Source of the DNA: Candidatus Hydrogenedentota bacterium
Lineage (GTDB): Bacteria > Hydrogenedentota > Hydrogenedentia > Hydrogenedentales > SLHB01
Direction of reading: 5' to 3'
Length of the DNA stretch: 64,000 nucleotides
NCBI GenBank assembly: GCA_963668025.2
Contig: CAXXTH010000009.1
Span: forward strand, 1-64,000
Shown here: positions 58,815-64,000 of the stretch, one piece after another
Layout: every line of letters begins with the position of its first letter
How positions within the stretch are numbered: the stretch's first letter is position 1
Made by a program: the position numbers and the translations under genes
Notes under the pieces: model-generated
What the model saw: the letters and a program-made list of their open reading frames with translations, nothing else
What the model was told of the DNA's origin: nothing
Databases searched by the model: none

Positions 58815-60655
58815 ACACGATGTCTACTATCTTCTTCGCGCCACCCATGCCCCATCCACCCGCGCCAGTAAACAAAGGCTGGCGCATAGGGCTCATGATT
58901 GCGCTGGGAGTATTGACGCTGGCTCCGTATGCCCAGACCGCCTGGTTCGGTTTTGTCCGATATGACGATGGCGTATATGTTTACGAGAACGATGTTGTCC
59001 GGCAGGGGTTGACTTTTGACGGGCTGCGGTATGCCTTCACCAGCAGCGTCAACGGCACCTGGCTGCCGTTGGCCATGCTATCCCATATGCTCGACTGCCA
59101 GCTTTACGGCCTTAATGCGGGCGGCCATCACCTGACAAACGTAGTGATTCATGTGGCGGGCGTGCTGGCGCTCTTCGCGGCGCTGGTCCGCATGACCGGC
59201 CAATGGGGCCCAAGCGCGTTTGCCGCGGCCCTATTTGGCGTCCATCCTTTACATGTCGAATCCGTCGCCTGGATATCTGAACGCAAGGATGTGCTGAGCG
59301 CGTTGTTCTGGATGCTCACGCTCCTCGCCTACGCACGGTATGCGGAACGGCCTTGCGGGCGGCGATATGGCGTGGTGGCCCTGCTATATGCAATGGGCCT
59401 CATGTCCAAGGCCATGCTTGTGACGCTGCCGTGCGTCCTGCTGCTGCTTGATTACTGGCCTTTACGCCGATGCGAGCCGTTATCATTTCGCCGCATGATG
59501 CGGCTGGCGCTCGAAAAGGTTCCGCTGTTTATTCAGGCGGCGGCGGCGTCATGGGTGGCCGTGCTGGCCCAGCACCACGACAAGGCCATGAGCTCGCTCG
59601 ATGCGCTGCCGTTGTCGTGGCGCGTCTCCAACGCCTTGGTTGCGTATGTGCGTTATCTCGGCAAAATCTTTTGGCCTGATAATCTTGCCATATTCTATCC
59701 GCATCCATTGGGTTCGCTGCCCATGCCTGCCGTGGCGGGAGCGGCGGCCTTCCTCGTGCTGCTCACGGTGCTGGCGCTGATGAGACTGCGGCGGACGCCC
59801 TATGCCGCCGTGGGCTGGTTTTGGTTTATAGGCGTCCTCGTGCCCGTCATCGGCCTGGTGCAAGTGGGCACGCAAGCCATGGCGGACCGCTATGTGCATA
59901 TTCCGCTGATTGGCATAACCATTGCGTTAGCATGGGGCATGCGCGCCATGGCCATGCGACTTAAATTGCCTAAAACAGCGCTGGCTGCAATGGGGCTCGG
60001 AGCCGTGGTGTTGCTGGCCGTGCTTGCTACGATGCAGGCAAGGGTATGGCGCAGTTCAGAATCCTTGTTCATGCAGGCTGCTACGGCTGTTCCACGCAAT
60101 GATTTCGCTCATTACAATCTAGGTTCCCTGTACCGGGACGAAAACCGCTTGGATGAGGCTGCCCGTGAATTCGCCTTGGTCATTGGCTCCCGCGATCATG
60201 ACGCCAAGGCCCGCCGCGCCCTGGCCGAGACCTACAGCACGCAAGGGCGCTTAGTGGAAGCGCAGGCGCTTCTTCTCGAATCCGCGAAGCGGCATCCGAA
60301 TGACGCCAAAATGCAGGCCGATCTAGGCGCGGCGCTGCTGCGCATGGGCCGTACGGGGGAAGCGGCGGCCCGGTTCCAGCGCGCCCTGGAGCTTGATCCC
60401 AACTTGACCGAAGCTGAGGACAATCTAGCCGCCGCACAGCTCATGCTGGGGCATTTCGCGGAAGCGGAAACCGCCTTGCGGCATGCCCTTGCACTGCGGC
60501 CCAATGACGCCGTGTTGCACAACAATCTGGGCCTGGCGCTCCTCGGGCAAGGCAAGCGCGAGGATGGCATCCGCGCATTACGGGAGGCCCTTCGGATTGA
60601 TCCAGCATACGCGCAAGCGCGCGATCTGCTTCTGCAAGTCGAAGGGCAACAGTGA
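58811..60655 (+). CDS. TMTC-like polytopic membrane protein (GT-C-like) with C-terminal TPRs
   Basis: FVRYDD..YV, HHLTNV, HPLHVESVAWISERKDVL, MADRY, TPR array; ATGA overlap with the upstream MTase. Confidence 0.88.
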   Translation: MNTMSTIFFAPPMPHPPAPVNKGWRIGLMIALGVLTLAPYAQTAWFGFVRYDDGVYVYENDVVRQGLTFDGLRYAFTSSVNGTWLPLAMLSHMLDCQLYGLNAGGHHLTNVVIHVAGVLALFAALVRMTGQWGPSAFAAALFGVHPLHVESVAWISERKDVLSALFWMLTLLAYARYAERPCGRRYGVVALLYAMGLMSKAMLVTLPCVLLLLDYWPLRRCEPLSFRRMMRLALEKVPLFIQAAAASWVAVLAQHHDKAMSSLDALPLSWRVSNALVAYVRYLGKIFWPDNLAIFYPHPLGSLPMPAVAGAAAFLVLLTVLALMRLRRTPYAAVGWFWFIGVLVPVIGLVQVGTQAMADRYVHIPLIGITIALAWGMRAMAMRLKLPKTALAAMGLGAVVLLAVLATMQARVWRSSESLFMQAATAVPRNDFAHYNLGSLYRDENRLDEAAREFALVIGSRDHDAKARRALAETYSTQGRLVEAQALLLESAKRHPNDAKMQADLGAALLRMGRTGEAAARFQRALELDPNLTEAEDNLAAAQLMLGHFAEAETALRHALALRPNDAVLHNNLGLALLGQGKREDGIRALREALRIDPAYAQARDLLLQVEGQQ

Positions 60656-60739
60656 TGGATACCACCAGTATTTAGACTCTTCAGTACCTTACGCTCAAGC
60701 TTTTACACGAAAAAAGTTTTTCGCCTATAGACGCAAGTA

Positions 60740-61056
60740 GCTTTTTGGCAATGGTTTAGCGGGTGCGAGAATCCCCAGATTCATGGCGTTCCATTGGGCG
60801 GTGGTCCATATCTTCGCTCTTGCATAAGGTGGCTTCAAAACCCGGCTCTTTGATTGCGGCTATGCCGCGCGTTAAACCTTGTATTCTTTGCAGCTTCGCG
60901 GCTTTGCGTGAAATATATTATTATATATTATACATATAACTACCACTACTGCGCACAACCAATTTATACTCACGCAAAGCCGCCAAGAACGCAAAGATAA
61001 ACGAGAATGAACAGTGTTATGCTATTCCATTGGGCTGTGGGCAACGCCCACGCCAG
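60740..61056 (-). repeat. Inverted copy of the composite element
   Basis: Reverse complement aligns with 50381-50690. Confidence 0.85.
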
Positions 61057-61154
61057 GATTCATAATCTCACCTATCGCATGGCGTATTGGACAACAAAAG
61101 ACGGGGAAGCATCGTTTGGCTTCCCCATAAAGTACGTCATTATTCTGGAATGGC

Positions 61155-62198
61155 TTAATAGCTGAATTTACCCATTTTCACCTTGCCCCGGAAGATCCAA
61201 TACACCATCGAGGTGTAGGCAATCACCACGGGCATACCTATCGCGGCGATGACGGCCATGATCGCCAGCGTTTTAGGCGATGACGCGGCGTTGTAGATAT
61301 CGAGCGAGTAGGCCGGATCCGTACTCGACAGGAGCAAATTCGGATAGAGCGCAACGCCAAGCAGCAGGTTGAGCGCGATGATCACGGCGCACGATGACAA
61401 GAACGCGAAAAACGGCTTGCCTTTATTAATGGCCAGCGGAATGCATAGGATAGCTAAGATATTCACTACGGGCACGATGTACAGCAGTGGATTTTCCTGC
61501 ATATTCGCTTTCACGTGGGGGATCGCCATCAATGTGTAGAAAGTCGCGGCGGCATAAAAAGCTACAAAGACATAGTATGTCCGCCATATCCAGCCGCGCA
61601 TGCGCGCTTGCAGTTCACCGGAGGTCTTGAGGTGGAGATAGAGAGCGCCGTGCAGGGCGAACAGCGACACCACAAGCAGGCCGATCACGAGCGCGTAGGG
61701 ATTGAGCAGGCCAAAGAACGTGCCGTGGAATTCACGGTCCGCGCCAATGGGCAAGCCTAGAACGACATTGCCCACCGCCACGCCATACAGAAGCGCTGCG
61801 ACCGTGCTCGATGCGCAAAAGGCAATATCCCATATGCCCCGCCAGGCGTTGCTATCGATTTTACTGCGGAATTCCATCGAAACCGCGCGAAAAATCAGCG
61901 CATACAGCAGGAACATAAAAGCCAAATAGAAGGTCGAGAAGGTGGTGGCGTAGCATTCGGGAAACGCCGCGAACAGCGCGCCGCCGAACGTCACCAGCCA
62001 TACCTCGTTGCCGTCCCATATGGGGCCGATGGAGTTGAGAAACACCCGGCGCTCCTCGTCTTTCCGGGCGGCCAGATGGAGAATGCCCACGCCGAGGTCA
62101 AAACCGTCGAGAATGGCGTAGCCAATGAGTAGAACGCCCAAAAGAATGAACCACAGGATGTTCAAATCGACGTACTGCATGAGCGCGTTGATGATCAT
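61155..62198 (-). CDS. cydB: Cytochrome bd ubiquinol oxidase subunit II
   Basis: YAILDGFDLGVG, IGPIWDGNEVWL...GGALFAAFP, AASSPKTL. Confidence 0.97.
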   Translation of the reverse strand: MIINALMQYVDLNILWFILLGVLLIGYAILDGFDLGVGILHLAARKDEERRVFLNSIGPIWDGNEVWLVTFGGALFAAFPECYATTFSTFYLAFMFLLYALIFRAVSMEFRSKIDSNAWRGIWDIAFCASSTVAALLYGVAVGNVVLGLPIGADREFHGTFFGLLNPYALVIGLLVVSLFALHGALYLHLKTSGELQARMRGWIWRTYYVFVAFYAAATFYTLMAIPHVKANMQENPLLYIVPVVNILAILCIPLAINKGKPFFAFLSSCAVIIALNLLLGVALYPNLLLSSTDPAYSLDIYNAASSPKTLAIMAVIAAIGMPVVIAYTSMVYWIFRGKVKMGKFSY

Positions 62199-63613
62199 TG
62201 CACATCCCCCTTATGGTTATCCGCGCCGGACACAGCCGCGTGGAGCTCAGGGCCTTTTTTTATCTTGACGCCCATGATATATAGCCACAGGCAAAACAGC
62301 AGCGCGTAGATAAGCCCAAACAACAGGATCGAGAGCAGGATCTCGACACCTTTGACGGATGGCGAAACGGCGTCAGCGGTGCGCATGAGGTTATAAACCA
62401 CCCAAGGCTGGCGGCCCACTTCCGTCGTGACCCATCCTGAATGATTCGATATGTACGGCGCGATGACGCTGAACACCAGCACCCACAATAGCCAGGTCTT
62501 CTCCCAGAGCACGCCCTTCCACCAATAAAATAACGTGACGGCCAAAACCAGGAAGAAAAAGCCCCACAGGCCGATCATGAAGTGGTAGGTGTAAAAGGTG
62601 AGCGCCACGGGCGGCCAGTCGTTGCGGTCGGGATAGACCTCCTCGAGCGACTTAACGGGCGAGTCAAAGCTCCAGTTAAGGAGGAAGCTCAGCCCGCCTG
62701 GAACGGCAATGCCTAAATGGACTTTTTCATCCTTCTGGTTTGGAAATCCCCAAATATAGAAGGGGACGGCGCCTTCGGTCTTGTGGAAGTGGCCCTCCGT
62801 GGCGGCCAGCTTAGCGGGCTGTGTTTTCGCCGTGCTCATGGCTTGCGAATGGCCCGAGGCCAGCATGCCGCACGTCAAGATAATGCCTGTCCACATGGCC
62901 AGGTTGAACATTTTTTTGGCTGCGCTCAGATGGCGTTTTTTAATGATGTAGTAGGAAGACAAGCTCAACACGAAAAACGAGCCTAAGATGCCCGCTCCAA
63001 ACCAGACATGCACCACGCGGACAATGGCCGATGGACTCAACACCACAGCCCAGAAGTCGGTAATCTCGGCGCGCATGGCCGCGATGCCATTCACCACAAG
63101 CTGCGTGCCATCGGAGTTCAGCACCGGCATGAGATGGTAACCCACCGGATGCTGCTGCCAAGCGTTGGCGACAACGATCCAAACGGACGAAAGCAGCGCT
63201 CCCGAGGCCACCATGAGTGTCGAAAAAAAGTGCATCTTCGGGCCGACGCGATCCCAGCCGAACACCAGCAGCGCCAGGAAGCTCGATTCGAGAAAGAACG
63301 CGAAAATGCCTTCCGCCGCCAAGGCCGAGCCGAATATGTCGCCCACATAACGGGAGTAATTGGCCCAGTTCGTTCCGAACTGGAATTCCATGACGATCCC
63401 GCTGGCCACGCCCATGGCGAACACCAAGGCGAAAATGCCCGTCCAGAACCGGGCAATGGCCTCATACTCGCGGTCGCCTGTTTTAAGGTAAGCCCCCTCC
63501 ATGAGCACCATCAGCCAGCCGAGTCCAATGGACAACGGCGGGAACAGATAGTGGAACATGATGACGAGCGTGAATTGAAGGCGAGACAAGATTACCGGAT
63601 CTAGGTTTTCCAT
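62195..63613 (-). CDS. cydA: Cytochrome bd ubiquinol oxidase subunit I
   Basis: LSRLQF...[37 protein letters not shown]. Confidence 0.97.
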   Translation of the reverse strand: MENLDPVILSRLQFTLVIMFHYLFPPLSIGLGWLMVLMEGAYLKTGDREYEAIARFWTGIFALVFAMGVASGIVMEFQFGTNWANYSRYVGDIFGSALAAEGIFAFFLESSFLALLVFGWDRVGPKMHFFSTLMVASGALLSSVWIVVANAWQQHPVGYHLMPVLNSDGTQLVVNGIAAMRAEITDFWAVVLSPSAIVRVVHVWFGAGILGSFFVLSLSSYYIIKKRHLSAAKKMFNLAMWTGIILTCGMLASGHSQAMSTAKTQPAKLAATEGHFHKTEGAVPFYIWGFPNQKDEKVHLGIAVPGGLSFLLNWSFDSPVKSLEEVYPDRNDWPPVALTFYTYHFMIGLWGFFFLVLAVTLFYWWKGVLWEKTWLLWVLVFSVIAPYISNHSGWVTTEVGRQPWVVYNLMRTADAVSPSVKGVEILLSILLFGLIYALLFCLWLYIMGVKIKKGPELHAAVSGADNHKGDVQ

Positions 63614-63709
63614 TTGTAACGCTCCCCTATGCTGCTCTTGAACTCAAGTATCTCGAATGGCGTTAAATAGTCAAGAAGATATCGTCTCCATTATAGCGCC
63701 TATCCTCCC

Positions 63710-63786
63710 CCGTAACGTGAGTGGGACGCCCATGAAAGGGGGCGCTATCTCCATCGATACATGGGCGAGACGCCCATGCTACGGGA
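63710..63786. repeat. Family-B GTAG REP pair (one copy degenerate)
   Basis: CATGGGCGAGACGCCCATGCTACGGGAG matches the copy at ~51130. Confidence 0.75.
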
Positions 63787-63916
63787 GAGTTAAAAATGAG
63801 CCCCAACATCCTCCCGCCGACTGCTACGTTATGTATATTAAAAGTGCGGGCACGACGCATCCACTATCGTTGCCCGCACCTGCTTTGCACGACGCATTCC
63901 CGTTTTTTTGGGGGGG

Positions 63917-64000
63917 TTATTGCGCTTCGCCATCTTCCATAAGACTGTCGAGCGTTTCGAGCAGCATCTCCACATCCACGCCATATCCGGCGCACACCTG
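63917..64000 (-). CDS. 3' end of a small gene running off the window (possibly DUF1858-like)
   Basis: QVCAGYGVDVEMLLETLDSLMEDGEAQ*. Confidence 0.5.
   Translation of the reverse strand, partial: QVCAGYGVDVEMLLETLDSLMEDGEAQ

Noticed and set aside
1-64000. Prophage, integron, tRNA/rRNA genes, or a complete DGR cassette
   Set aside because: No integrase, phage structural gene, reverse transcriptase, AAC-rich template repeat or tRNA/rRNA signature was recognised

Overview
A GC-rich bacterial chromosome segment. The protein repertoire (DUF1559/H-X9-DG pilin-like protein, PASTA and FGE-sulfatase-fold surface proteins, membrane-extended ECF sigma factors) suggests Candidatus Hydrogenedentota or a PVC-like lineage; this is an inference. 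Housekeeping genes (mnmG, ubiE/menG, hypE, katA-perR, ftsH-folP-glmM, pdxJ, cydAB, M32 carboxypeptidase) alternate with accessory material. That material includes an IS200-type element beside a truncated AAA-ATPase, a C5-methyltransferase/HNH endonuclease/Vsr restriction-modification cassette, an fdtA-fdtB-like amino-sugar pair, a DUF2971 gene hit by both an ISKra4 and an ISAs1 element (TIRs and TSDs intact), and a Fic gene. The most notable signals are five. (1) A C-type-lectin/FGE-fold gene whose 3' end has the codon pattern of a diversity-generating-retroelement variable region, bracketed by a ~457-bp direct duplication, with no RT or template repeat in the window. (2) Two tandem membrane-anchored ECF sigma factors ending in a GspG-pseudopilin-like domain, each followed by the same stem-loop. 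(3) A sigma54-type promoter followed by a long nested RNA structure upstream of an ankyrin gene. (4) A dozen intergenic inverted repeats built from ~9-nt units and combined with GTAG REPs into composite elements. (5) An ISAs1 element with a divergent passenger ORF and an internal copy of its target sequence. No rRNA, tRNA or CRISPR array was seen. All family assignments come from motif recognition by eye, not database searches.
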